Part shown: positions 39,870-49,884 of the stretch, in pieces
How the letters are laid out: each line of letters opens with the position of its first letter
Numbering within the stretch: the first letter of the stretch is position 1
Assembly (NCBI GenBank): GCA_965226555.1
Contig: CBDDDG010000001.1
Location: 128,001-192,000, forward strand
Length of the DNA: 64,000 nucleotides
Reading direction: 5' to 3'
Source of the DNA: Salinispira sp.
GTDB lineage: Bacteria; Spirochaetota; Spirochaetia; DSM-27196; Salinispiraceae
Position numbers and translations under genes: made by a program
The notes under the pieces: model-generated
What the model saw: the letters and a program-made list of their open reading frames with translations, nothing else
Database searches by the model: none
Told to the model about the DNA's origin: nothing

Positions 39870-41303
39870 TCAGGCCTCTTTGAATGCCGTTATCAGTTCC
39901 TCAAGCACCTTCTTACCATCACCGAAAAGCATGAGGGTATTTTCTCCGGCAAATAGAGGATTGGGAATTCCCGCAAAGCCGGGGCTGAGACTTCGTTTGA
40001 TGACAACAACCGTCTTTGCCAGATCAACGTCAAGAATCGGCATGCCGCTAATTGGACTCCCGCTTGCTTCCCGCGCGAGCGGATTTACCACATCGTTAGC
40101 CCCGAGAACAATGGCAACATCGGTGTTGGAAAAACCGGAGTTAATGATATCCATTTCCTTGAGCTTGTCATAAGAGATATTCTCTTCAGCCAGCAGGACG
40201 TTCATGTGTCCGGGCATACGTCCGGCAACAGGATGAATGCCGAATTCCACCACAATGTCCTCAGCTTCCATAAGTTCGGTAAGCTGACGCACAGCCGTTT
40301 GAGCGTGCGCAACTGCCATTCCGTAACCCGGCACAAATACGACTCTCTGCGCCATTTTCAGAATCATTGCAATTTCTTCCGGTGAAGCCGCCTTCACCTT
40401 CCCTGCGTAAATATCGTCACTATCGGCAACCGAACTATCGACCCCTGCTCCCAGCCCGCCAAAGAGCACATTCAGGAGGCTGCGATTCATTGCCTTACAC
40501 ATAATTTGTGTGAGAATAATGCCCGAGGCGCCTACCAGCGAACCGGCAATAATAAGAATGTTATTGTTAATAACAAAACCAGTTGCTGCTGCTGCCAGAC
40601 CCGAGTAGGAATTCAGCAGGGCGATAACAATGGGCATATCAGCACCGCCAATGGGTATAGTCAGAAGAAGACCAAGTAGTGACGAAAGGCCGATGAGAAT
40701 CCACAGAAATTCAAGCCTCGAAGGATCAAGAATAAGAAGCACCGCAAACACCACAATGGCAATGCCGACCAGGGCCTTCACGAACTGATCCCCCGGGTAA
40801 CGAACAGCTTTCTCCGTTACAATGCCCGCGAGCTTGCCAAAGGCAACAAGACTCCCCCAGAAGGTCAACGCGCCGATGAGCGCCGAGAGTACCGTGGCAA
40901 TAACGAATTGCAGCCCATCCGGCCCAATAATGCCGGTAATGCCCGCCCCCCCGGCAAGGCTTCCCACAGTTACCGCCTCAAAAAGCGCTGCCGTAGCAAC
41001 CAGCACCGAAGCTCCGCCGCCGAAACCATTGAAGAGACCGACCATTTGGGGCATGGCGGTCATCTGAATGGTAAGCGCGATAACCGTTCCAATAACCGAA
41101 CCAATCGCAATGCCCACAATTATCCACTGAAGGCTCACCATTTCATGGTTCAGCAGAGTCGCGATAATTGCGATGAGCATGCCCAGTGCCGAGAGAAAAT
41201 TGCCTCCCACCGCAGAACGGGGATGCGCCAGCCCCTTGATCCCGAGAGTAAAAAATATGGCGGCAATGAGATACAGCCCGTTAATAAGAATGCTGAAGTC
41301 CAT
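39870..41303 (-). CDS. pntB: NAD(P) transhydrogenase subunit beta
   Basis: MTAMPQMVGLFNGFGG, IGGADMP, VPGYGMAVA, HPVAGRMPGHMNVLLAE, GANDVVNP. Confidence 0.95.
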   Translation of the reverse strand: MDFSILINGLYLIAAIFFTLGIKGLAHPRSAVGGNFLSALGMLIAIIATLLNHEMVSLQWIIVGIAIGSVIGTVIALTIQMTAMPQMVGLFNGFGGGASVLVATAALFEAVTVGSLAGGAGITGIIGPDGLQFVIATVLSALIGALTFWGSLVAFGKLAGIVTEKAVRYPGDQFVKALVGIAIVVFAVLLILDPSRLEFLWILIGLSSLLGLLLTIPIGGADMPIVIALLNSYSGLAAAATGFVINNNILIIAGSLVGASGIILTQIMCKAMNRSLLNVLFGGLGAGVDSSVADSDDIYAGKVKAASPEEIAMILKMAQRVVFVPGYGMAVAHAQTAVRQLTELMEAEDIVVEFGIHPVAGRMPGHMNVLLAEENISYDKLKEMDIINSGFSNTDVAIVLGANDVVNPLAREASGSPISGMPILDVDLAKTVVVIKRSLSPGFAGIPNPLFAGENTLMLFGDGKKVLEELITAFKEA

Positions 41304-41590
41304 TATTTACCTGCCTGTTTTTTCTTGAATTTTCCAAGCATTCGGTGTGTTACCACATAACCGCCAACCACGTTTATTGTCGCGAATATGAGCGCCACCA
41401 TGCCAAGAACCACCCCGGCTTCAGTACGTTCGGCTCCCGTTGCGATAAGAGCGCCGATAATCGCTATACCGGAAATGGCATTCGATCCAGACATAAGCGG
41501 TGTATGCAGAATGGGGGGGACCTTTGTAATAAGCTCAAATCCGAGAAATACGGCGAGCATAAAGACCGTTAGTAAATGTAGTAAGTTCAT
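41303..41590 (-). CDS. pntA: NAD(P) transhydrogenase subunit alpha part 2
   Basis: LHTPLMSGSNAISG and INVVGGY.VT.RML. Confidence 0.95.
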   Translation of the reverse strand: MNLLHLLTVFMLAVFLGFELITKVPPILHTPLMSGSNAISGIAIIGALIATGAERTEAGVVLGMVALIFATINVVGGYVVTHRMLGKFKKKQAGK

Positions 41591-41665
41591 TGATTCTCCT
41601 CGAAAGTTTTGCTACTGAAAATTGTGCTCTGCAAAATTTTGTTCACGCAAAACTTTCTCATCTAT

Positions 41666-42817
41666 TTATAATTCCAGTGTTTTGCGAAGTTCAGCATTGG
41701 GAACTTCCCCATTGTGAGTGATCATGGTTGCAGCAACAATTTCATCATCCAAATTGAGTGAAAAGACTCCTTCCTTATCGAAAAAATTTAGAAAAAAGGT
41801 TTCCAGATTTTTTCCGTAGAGCTGGCTGGCGTGGAAGGGAAGGCTGGCAGGAATGTTGAGCGGGGCGATAATATTGATGCCATGGAGATGCGCTGTTTCC
41901 CCCGGTTTTGAGCATTCACAATTACCGCCGCGTTCAACTGCCATATCCACAACAACACTGCCGGGTTTCATTGCCTTTACCATGTCCTCGGTTATGAGAA
42001 CAGGACTTTTTTTACCGGGAATTGCTGCTGTTGTTATAACAATGTCGCTATCTTTCAGAACGCCGGTCATAAACTCACGTTGCTTTTTGTAAAATTCTTC
42101 ATTCATTTCCCGGGCGTAGCCCCCCGAACTTTCGGCGTCGCCGGTATCTAAATTCATTTCAACAAATTTTGCCCCGAGGCTCTCCACCTGCTCCCGAACG
42201 GCGGGGCGCACATCGTAGGCGCTCACAATTGCGCCGAGGCGTTTTGCGGTCGCAATGGCCTGGAGTCCGGCAACTCCGACTCCCACAATAAACACCTTGG
42301 CCGGTACGACCGTGCCGGCTGCCGTCATCATCATAGGAAAGATTTTGGGAAGGTGATCCGCTGCAATAATTACCGATTTGTAGCCGCTGAGGTTTGCCAT
42401 GGATGAAAGCACATCCATGCTCTGCGCCCGGGTAATTCGCGGAATGAGTTCAAGTGAGAAGCTGGTAACTTTTTTGTCGCGGTAAATAGTAAAGCTTCTA
42501 TCCGGCTGATATGGATCCATCATACCGATAATAATTTGCCCTTCATGGAGCCGGGAAGCGGTATCGGAGCCTTCTTTACCGGCAGCGGCTGCGCTCCTCA
42601 CGGTACCTATGACCTCGGCATTGGAAAAAAGGTTTTCCATGCTCACAAGCGAGGCGCCCTTTTCCTTGTAGGCTTCATCGGTGTATCCCGACACATACCC
42701 CGCGCCCTTTTCAATAATAATTTCATGCCCGGCCTTTATGAGTTTTTGAACCTGAGCAGGAATCATGGCAACCCGGGTCTCTCCGGGAAAACGTTCCTTT
42801 GGTACGCCAATAATCAT
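41666..42817 (-). CDS. pntA: NAD(P) transhydrogenase subunit alpha part 1
   Basis: MIIGVPKE, PRITRAQSMDVLSSMAN, GVGVAGLQAIATA. Confidence 0.95.
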   Translation of the reverse strand: MIIGVPKERFPGETRVAMIPAQVQKLIKAGHEIIIEKGAGYVSGYTDEAYKEKGASLVSMENLFSNAEVIGTVRSAAAAGKEGSDTASRLHEGQIIIGMMDPYQPDRSFTIYRDKKVTSFSLELIPRITRAQSMDVLSSMANLSGYKSVIIAADHLPKIFPMMMTAAGTVVPAKVFIVGVGVAGLQAIATAKRLGAIVSAYDVRPAVREQVESLGAKFVEMNLDTGDAESSGGYAREMNEEFYKKQREFMTGVLKDSDIVITTAAIPGKKSPVLITEDMVKAMKPGSVVVDMAVERGGNCECSKPGETAHLHGINIIAPLNIPASLPFHASQLYGKNLETFFLNFFDKEGVFSLNLDDEIVAATMITHNGEVPNAELRKTLEL

Positions 42818-43043
42818 ATCGTCCCCTTTGTATATTGATTCTGTACCGATACTGTGTAAGAAAATTTTGCAGAGCAAAATTTCCAGGAGCAAAAGTTTCT
42901 ATTATTTTGACAAAGCATAATGTGTTTTGTCCTGCGTGTCAATCGTCGTGGGAATGATATTGAAAGAACGTGCTAGAAGATACGGAATATCCTTGCGGGA
43001 CAATGCAGAGGGTCTTTATTAGCTGTTTCGCAGGCTCAAAAAC

Positions 43044-44486
43044 TTATTCTCTTGCTGCAAGGGCTCCTTCAATATCCCACAGGCGCATGGTGTTATCGTC
43101 ACTGCCGGAGAGCGCTTGGCTGCCGTCTGGTGAAAAGGCAACAGAATAGACGCTGCCACTGTGCCCGCTGAAGAGCTGAAGCTCGTCTCCGCTTGAAATA
43201 TCCCACAGGCGCATGGTGTTATCGTCACTGCCGGAGAGCGCTTGGCTGCCGTCTGGTGAAAAGGCAACAGAACGTACCCAGTCACTGTGCCCGCTGAAGA
43301 GCTGAAGCTCGTCTCCGCTTGAAATATCCCACAGGCGCATGGTGTTATCGTCACTGCCGGAGAGCGCTTGGCTGCCGTCTGGTGAAAAGGCAACAGAAAG
43401 GACGATGCCACTGTGCCCGCTGAAGAGCTGAAGCTCGTCTCCGCTTGAAATATCCCACAGGCGCATGGTGTTATCGTCACTGCCGGAGAGCGCTTGGCTG
43501 CCGTCTGGTGAAAAGGCAACAGAAAGGACGATGCCACTGTGCCCGCTGAAGAACTGAAGCTCGTCTCCGCTTGAAATATCCCACAGGCGCATGGTGTTAT
43601 CGTTACTGCCGGAGAGCGCTTGGCTGCCGTCTGGTGAAAAGGCAACAGAAAGGACGATGCCACTGTGCCCGCTGAAGAGCTGAAGCTCGTCTCCGCTTGA
43701 AATATCCCACAGGCGCATGGTGTTATCGTCACTGCCGGAGAGCGCTTGGCTGCCGTCTGGTGAAAAGGCAACAGAACGTACCCAGTCACTGTGCCCGCTG
43801 AAGAGCTGAAGCTCGTCTCCGCTTGAAATATCCCACAGGCGCATGGTGTCATCGTCACTGCCGGAGAGCGCTTGGCTGCCGTCTGGTGAAAAGGCAACAG
43901 AACGTACCCAGTCACTGTGCCCGCTGAAGAGCTGAAGCTCGTCTCCGCTTAAAATATCCCACAGGCGCATGGTGTTATCGTCACTGCCGGAGAGCGCTTG
44001 GCTGCCGTCTGGTGAAAAGGCAACAGAACGTACCCAGTCACTGTGCCCGCTGAAGAGCTGAAGCTCGTCTCCGCTTGAAATATCCCACAGGCGCATGGTG
44101 TTATCGTCACTGCCGGAGAGCGCTTGGCTGCCGTCTGGTGAAAAGGCAACAGAATAGACGCTGCCACTGTGCCCGCTGAAGAGCTGAAGCTCGTCTCCGC
44201 TTGAAATATCCCACAGGCGCATGGTGTTATCGTCACTGCCGGAGAGCGCTTGGCTGCCGTCTGGTGAAAAGGCAACAGAATAGACGCTGCCACTGTGCCC
44301 GCTGAATATCTGAAGCTTGTCTCCGCTTGAAATATCCCACAGGCGCATGGTGTCATCGGCACTGCCGGAGAGCGCCTTGCTGCCGTCTGGTGAAAAGGCA
44401 ACAGAACGTGCCCATTCACTGTGCCCGTCGCCAAAGAGCGGCATTGCAAGTAAACATACGATGAATATAACTAAAACCTTTTTCAT
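43044..44486 (-). CDS. Secreted WD40-repeat protein, 11 near-identical 42-aa (126-bp) repeats
   Basis: AGGAGG SD, signal peptide, GH....SVAFSPDGSQALSGSDDNTMRLWD repeats. Confidence 0.95.
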   Translation of the reverse strand: MKKVLVIFIVCLLAMPLFGDGHSEWARSVAFSPDGSKALSGSADDTMRLWDISSGDKLQIFSGHSGSVYSVAFSPDGSQALSGSDDNTMRLWDISSGDELQLFSGHSGSVYSVAFSPDGSQALSGSDDNTMRLWDISSGDELQLFSGHSDWVRSVAFSPDGSQALSGSDDNTMRLWDILSGDELQLFSGHSDWVRSVAFSPDGSQALSGSDDDTMRLWDISSGDELQLFSGHSDWVRSVAFSPDGSQALSGSDDNTMRLWDISSGDELQLFSGHSGIVLSVAFSPDGSQALSGSNDNTMRLWDISSGDELQFFSGHSGIVLSVAFSPDGSQALSGSDDNTMRLWDISSGDELQLFSGHSGIVLSVAFSPDGSQALSGSDDNTMRLWDISSGDELQLFSGHSDWVRSVAFSPDGSQALSGSDDNTMRLWDISSGDELQLFSGHSGSVYSVAFSPDGSQALSGSDDNTMRLWDIEGALAARE

Positions 44487-44868
44487 AGGTTCCTCCTAAG
44501 AGTGTAATTACTGGAAATTTTTGGAAAACAAAAATTCCACAGAAGTATTAAATACTGCCAATTCAGAAATGTCAATGATAATAGAGAAAAGTTTTGGGAT
44601 ATTAAGGTTTGGGAAATGCTCACTTTTGCAAAATTCTCATACATAGTTGACGCGTTGTAACAGAACTTCCCCAACAAGGTTTTTTTAGACCATTGCAGGA
44701 ACTCTCATACGCATTCATGATCTACTAATCATCAACACATCACAGAATTCCTGAGTATTTTACTCATTGAGAAACTGTGCGTCAAGCACAATTTCAATCG
44801 TAGGCCAATTCAACCATGCTCGCGCCGCCATGCGCGCAAAAGTTTCCCTTAGTCTATACCAGAGGGAG

Positions 44869-45219
44869 CTAAAGCTTCTTCAAGCATTGCGCGGTGTTCA
44901 GTTCCCTGCCGATGATGTTGTAGGCAAGGTAGGCCGATCGGGCATCGCCGGAACCGGCAATGCTGCGCGCCGAGGGAATGGGGGTAACGGGAATGTTGCC
45001 GCTTCGCGCGAGGCGGCTTACTGTTCCGCCTTCCTCATCGAGAACAATAAATGGCGGGTACGTAAGCGCCCGGCGTATATCTGAAAGAATTTCGGTACTC
45101 AGTTCGGCATTGTTCGTCTGTTGATTTTTCCGAGTGCCATTACAGGACAGCGGTATAATGAGGAGAATGAATAAAGTAAAAATAGAATATAACCGTATAA
45201 AAAAATATACATTCATATG
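44869..45219 (-). pseudogene. GH3 beta-N-acetylhexosaminidase (NagZ-like) lipoprotein remnant
   Basis: PLSC lipobox followed by PPFIVLDEEGGTVSRL...PSA....GREL; most of the domain is missing. Confidence 0.65.
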
Positions 45220-45313
45220 ATAATATACTATCCGCTCAAAGTTCGGAATTTCTAATTGCTTATCAGAAAATAAATTAGATTGCTCACAAAACAACTTTTA
45301 GTTGGCATGAAAA

Positions 45314-45979
45314 TTGCTTATTAAAAGGAAACGGGCTATTGTTGTGAATGAACGAAGTATACCACTAATTATATCACAGAAAAAGAGCGGGATGATTATT
45401 TCCGATGAAATTCAGACGGAAATTATCAGAAAGTCAATACATCTTTCTTCAGCCTTTGTTCCCGTTCTTGCTCAACTCTTCGGACGGACGATTATAATTC
45501 TTTTGCTTCTTTCAGGAATTCTCGTGTACACCCTTGCGGAGTTCCTTCGCCACCGGGGGAAACAGACTTTCTGCATATCACGGCTCACACAGCTTGCTTC
45601 ACGGTCTCAGGATGAGGGGCATTTTGTTCTTGGACCGGTTACCCTCGGCATAGGAATTGTTCTTGCGCTTATGCTGTATCCCGAACCGGCTGCCTCCGTT
45701 GCCATATACGCGCTTGCCTTCGGCGATGGGCTTGCCAGTCTTTTCGGTAAGGTATTCGGCACGATAACCATACCCTTCACGAAGGGAAAATCGCTTGAAG
45801 GAAGTAGTGCCTGCTTTGCGGCAGTATTTCTGAGCAGTTTTTTCATTCTGCAGAACCCAGCGCAGGCCCTGAGCATTGCCCTTTTTTCAACCATTCTCGA
45901 AACAATTCCCTTAAAAGATTTCGACAACATCCTGCTTCCAACCGGCGCAGGCCTTGTTGCCTTTGTGTTGCTTGCCTAA
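45314..45979 (+). CDS. CTP-dependent diacylglycerol/polyprenol kinase family membrane protein
   Basis: EIIRKSIHL, LAFGDGLASLFGK.FG, KSLEGS, DN.LLP. Start is uncertain. Confidence 0.85.
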   Translation: MLIKRKRAIVVNERSIPLIISQKKSGMIISDEIQTEIIRKSIHLSSAFVPVLAQLFGRTIIILLLLSGILVYTLAEFLRHRGKQTFCISRLTQLASRSQDEGHFVLGPVTLGIGIVLALMLYPEPAASVAIYALAFGDGLASLFGKVFGTITIPFTKGKSLEGSSACFAAVFLSSFFILQNPAQALSIALFSTILETIPLKDFDNILLPTGAGLVAFVLLA

Positions 45980-46001
45980 TCTTTCGATACATACCACCCA
46001 T

Positions 46002-46030
46002 AAAAAGCCCCCGTTCCCATGGGCTTTTTT
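46002..46030. terminator. Probable intrinsic (bidirectional) terminator
   Basis: aaaaagccc...gggctttttt. Confidence 0.55.
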
Positions 46031-46093
46031 GGCATATTAGTGCCCGGACACAAAATGAAACACCGGACTACTCCGGGCAGTGGAGGATAACTC

Positions 46094-47452
46094 ATGAGCA
46101 AAATGCAGAGTACCATACAGAATCGTACGATTTTCTGTAAGGACAACTTGGAAGTGCTGAAGGGTATGGATAGCGAAAGCGTTGATCTTATCTATCTTGA
46201 TCCTCCCTTCAACAAGAAAAAGACGTTCACAGCCCCCCTAACATCAACGGCAAAAGGGGCGAGTTTTAAAGATATTTTTCAGGAAGAAGATGTGAAATCC
46301 GAATGGGTGGAAACGATACGCGAGGATAATGTTTCTCTGTATGAGCTGCTCGATTTTGCCCGGAAGGCTGAGGGGAGGGCGTCATATAATTTTTGCTATT
46401 TGTCCTATATGGCAATTCGGCTAATAGAGATACATCGACTACTGAAAAATACCGGCAGCGTCTATCTCCATTGCGATCCGACCATGAGCCATTATCTCAA
46501 ACTCTCCATGGATTGCATTTTTGGAGAGAAAAATTTCAGAAATGAAATTGTGTGGGCATATCGAAAAATGCCAAACAATATACAGGCATGGCAGAGAAAC
46601 CATGACATTATATTATTTTACACAAAAACTTCCCATTTTTATTTTGAAAAAATAGAAGGAGAAGCAACCGAGGGAAGTAAGAAAACCCATTTCTCTGGGA
46701 TGAAACGAGGATACAATGCCAATAATTCAAAAAAGATGGTAACGGTATTTGACTGGGCTAAATATAACAAAGCTGTGGCCGACGGAAAAATGCCAGCCGA
46801 TCTTCACGTTCAGGAATTTACCGGCGGTAACCCGCCTGAAAAAGATTGGTGGAATGACATAAAAATTCTCGGAGGCCCAAAGAATAAAGAAAAGATAGGC
46901 TATCCAACCCAAAAGCCATTACGCTTGCTTGAGCGCATTATTCAGGCATCATCTCCCATTGGAGGGGTTGTTCTGGATCCTTTCTGCGGATGCGCAACGA
47001 CGTGTATTGCCGCCGAAAAACTGAAAAGAAAATGGATAGGAATTGATATTAGTCAAAAAGCTTATGAGCTCGTGAAATCTCGACTTGGTTATGAAGTCGA
47101 AATGGACGATACGATGTTCCATGAACAATTGGTCAATTTTAAGACCGATCCGCCGACTCGAACCGATGGCTGGGTAAGCGCTCAAGAAATGAAGTGGATA
47201 TATGTCATATCGCATCCGAACTATTCTGGCGAGTACAAGGTGGGCATTGCGAAAGATTGGCAGGCGCGACTGAACAGCTACCAAACCAGCGATCCAGACA
47301 GGGCATTCGCCATTGAGTATAAAAAACTCGTGCCAAAATTCAGAGAAGTTGAGCGGCATGTTCACGAGAAATTTCCCAATAAATATGAATGGGTACGCGC
47401 CGATCTTGCCGACATTGTGAAAGCGATTGATGAGTACCTTACTTTCGAATAA
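46094..47452 (+). CDS. N4/N6 DNA methyltransferase (beta class) fused to a C-terminal T5orf172/GIY-YIG-like domain
   Basis: IYLDPPFN precedes YPTQKP and VLDPFCGCAT; tail WIYVI...YKVGIA.....RL..YQT..P...E..VH....EW. Confidence 0.85.
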   Translation: MSKMQSTIQNRTIFCKDNLEVLKGMDSESVDLIYLDPPFNKKKTFTAPLTSTAKGASFKDIFQEEDVKSEWVETIREDNVSLYELLDFARKAEGRASYNFCYLSYMAIRLIEIHRLLKNTGSVYLHCDPTMSHYLKLSMDCIFGEKNFRNEIVWAYRKMPNNIQAWQRNHDIILFYTKTSHFYFEKIEGEATEGSKKTHFSGMKRGYNANNSKKMVTVFDWAKYNKAVADGKMPADLHVQEFTGGNPPEKDWWNDIKILGGPKNKEKIGYPTQKPLRLLERIIQASSPIGGVVLDPFCGCATTCIAAEKLKRKWIGIDISQKAYELVKSRLGYEVEMDDTMFHEQLVNFKTDPPTRTDGWVSAQEMKWIYVISHPNYSGEYKVGIAKDWQARLNSYQTSDPDRAFAIEYKKLVPKFREVERHVHEKFPNKYEWVRADLADIVKAIDEYLTFE

Positions 47453-48563
47453 GAAACAGGAATTCCTTATTCGGCAAAGCACATTCGCGCAACCATTCAT
47501 TCGTCCATTTCATTGATGCCATGACGTTTCTTTTATATTCCACATTAAGCACACCAACAATGTCGCCGTTTTTTGCGATAACTTCGTTCAGTTCTTCCCT
47601 TGTAGCCCGCCCCCCGGAACTATAAGATAGCAATATCCATTGGCATGGAGTTTCTTTAAGTAAGCGGTCAAGCGCGTCTACCACAATAAATTTTCCGGAT
47701 TCCGCACGGCGAAAATCCTCGAACACCGATGCCGCAACTTTGTCGGAAGTGTCTTTGCGGCGCAAGGCTTTGCCAAATAATGTCGGACAATCGTTTTTAC
47801 AAATGGTCGTCCACACATGATAATACGAAGCATATCGCACTCGCGATGCGGGCATTTTTTCATTGTTTGAACCATATGGCGGGTCAAAATAGGCGAGATC
47901 CGCATGCACTTTTGGAAGAGCGTCAAACACATCCCCGCACAGCACCGTGTTTTTTTCTGCATTTTTCCAAAGTTTTGGAACCTTCAATTGTAAATCTTTA
48001 AAAGACCGCGGCGACCAATTTTTCAGATAGGAAACAAAATGCCCAAGGGTGCTATCCACTTCATCAAGCGCTAAAATCAGGCTTACCAAAGCGATACTTT
48101 TTGAAATTTCATCAAGTCCGAGTTCGTCAATTTCGCGTCGAATTGCGTCCAGTTTTCGGGTGTTTTTTTTCTGCCATGGCTTTTTTGTGCCGTCATTTTG
48201 AACAGCGGTGCCAAATGAGCGCGCCTGCACTTCGCCGCCATAATTTTCGGTAAACCATCCGTCTTCGGGCGGCAACGCATTCAAATGGTCAATAAGCGAT
48301 TGGTATTCGCGTGGATTTTTCCAATTCTTCAAATAACACGTGGCGAATGTTTTCGACCATTCCGCCACATCGTTGGACACCACGCGGTATCCCGCTTGCG
48401 CAAATAATTGGCTAACTCGCGTTGATCCCGAAAAACCGTCAAAAACGCTTTTTGCCCCGGTCGTGCTTGACATATCAAGAATCTGCGGCAACAGTTTCAG
48501 TTTTGAGCCCGCATAATTAATGCCTTCGGTTGTCGGCACAACAACCGAACTATTTTCATGCAT
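47439..48563 (-). CDS. DNA adenine methyltransferase (D12/Dam-like, alpha order)
   Basis: NYAGSKLKL, FDGFSGS, YFDPPY, LLSYS. ATG 48563 overlaps the upstream stop codon. Confidence 0.85.
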   Translation of the reverse strand: MHENSSVVVPTTEGINYAGSKLKLLPQILDMSSTTGAKSVFDGFSGSTRVSQLFAQAGYRVVSNDVAEWSKTFATCYLKNWKNPREYQSLIDHLNALPPEDGWFTENYGGEVQARSFGTAVQNDGTKKPWQKKNTRKLDAIRREIDELGLDEISKSIALVSLILALDEVDSTLGHFVSYLKNWSPRSFKDLQLKVPKLWKNAEKNTVLCGDVFDALPKVHADLAYFDPPYGSNNEKMPASRVRYASYYHVWTTICKNDCPTLFGKALRRKDTSDKVAASVFEDFRRAESGKFIVVDALDRLLKETPCQWILLSYSSGGRATREELNEVIAKNGDIVGVLNVEYKRNVMASMKWTNEWLRECALPNKEFLFLIRK

Positions 48564-49854
48564 CTTGCATGTTATCAACAACGCCGAAGCCCAATAGTAC
48601 AGAGCGGAGTTTCTGTTCCAGAATCTCGTAGCTGAAGTACTGCTTGGCAAGGTCAAAGTTTTTGTCGGTCATTTTGCAGGCTGTTTCCGGGTCTCGCAGA
48701 ATGTTGCGAACTCTGTTCACGACATCCTCGGTAATGTAGCTGTCCATAATAATGGCATCGAAGCCGAGGGGCTCAATGTCCTGAACAAAAATGGAGTAGC
48801 GGTTTACCATGAGCGGTTTTCGGAAATAAACGGTTTCCAGAAATGCGTTACCGAATCCTTCGTATGATGATGGGTAGGTTACAAAGTCGGCATGAGGATA
48901 TATATCCCAGAGGCTGTACACCTTCTGCCCCTTTTCATTTCGTCCCCGTTCCGCGCCAATGATATCGGGACAGACCAAAAGATCGACTTCAAGCAGTTTG
49001 GCATAGGATATTATGCGTTGATAGTAATCCTGTCCCTCGTCTTTTGTCTGATGACTAATAAGGAGCTTTGCCTTGGGATTGTTCAGACGGTGCAAAAGTT
49101 CTACCGCATGTTCAATGCCCTTTCGCGCAACAATTCTTGTTGGCTGGAGAAAGAGAATATCATCCTCGGCAATGCCGATGGCTCGACGGAAATCTTTGTT
49201 GTACTCATCAATACCCGTTACCGGGGTATGATAATCGTGGACATTCGGCACAACCATCGAACTGAGACCGGTTCGGTAGCTCAGCGATTGCTGCGCCTCA
49301 CTGTTGATAACGACATGCGCCATATTTGAAATTTGCGGGGGGAAGGCCATGGCAATATAATCGGGAATGTTGTTTACCAGAAATCGGGTCCGTTCCCAGA
49401 AAAAATCGTGATGATGGGCTATGGCGGGCATGTCGCTTTCCGCTATTATTTCGGTTATTGCGAGGGCGAGGGGGATGTTCATGGGGATGGCGAGGGCGTT
49501 TTCGATGATGAGAACATCGATGCTGAATTTTTTAATAAATGTGTATATATGCGATTTTAACAACTTCCGCATACAGTGAATTTTCCCGGTGAGTTCTTCG
49601 CTGCGGTTCTTTGTTCCAAAGACCTTGGACTGTATTTCGGCAATTTTCGGATGTTCCCAGAAGGCCTCGGGTGCGACCATGGTTTTGTCGGGGTTCCAGT
49701 CGGAAAGTCCGGCAAAGAAATAGCAGGAAAAACCCATGTTACTGAGAACCGACACCCACTTTTCCGTTTCAAGGCTTACCCCATCGGTGCCCTGAAATCG
49801 TGTTGAAATAAAGCCGAAGTTAATACTCTGCTTTTGTATACCTTTCATATACAT
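48556..49854 (-). CDS. GT4 glycosyltransferase, mannosylglucosyl-3-phosphoglycerate synthase-like
   Basis: GFISTRF.GTDGVSLET.KW, HHHDF.WER, LQPTRIV.RKGIE, YPS.YEGFGNAFLE; gpgS context. Confidence 0.7.
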   Translation of the reverse strand: MYMKGIQKQSINFGFISTRFQGTDGVSLETEKWVSVLSNMGFSCYFFAGLSDWNPDKTMVAPEAFWEHPKIAEIQSKVFGTKNRSEELTGKIHCMRKLLKSHIYTFIKKFSIDVLIIENALAIPMNIPLALAITEIIAESDMPAIAHHHDFFWERTRFLVNNIPDYIAMAFPPQISNMAHVVINSEAQQSLSYRTGLSSMVVPNVHDYHTPVTGIDEYNKDFRRAIGIAEDDILFLQPTRIVARKGIEHAVELLHRLNNPKAKLLISHQTKDEGQDYYQRIISYAKLLEVDLLVCPDIIGAERGRNEKGQKVYSLWDIYPHADFVTYPSSYEGFGNAFLETVYFRKPLMVNRYSIFVQDIEPLGFDAIIMDSYITEDVVNRVRNILRDPETACKMTDKNFDLAKQYFSYEILEQKLRSVLLGFGVVDNMQDA

Positions 49855-49884
49855 ACTTGTGCTCCTCGAAATTTTCTGATGATT

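Noticed and set aside
43044..44430. CRISPR array, or the alternative-frame ORFs, in the 126-bp repeats
   Set aside because: These are in-frame WD40 coding repeats; the other ORFs are shadows of them.
48564..48656. N-terminal extension of the adenine methyltransferase
   Set aside because: It overlaps the upstream glycosyltransferase; the coupled ATG at 48563 is more plausible.
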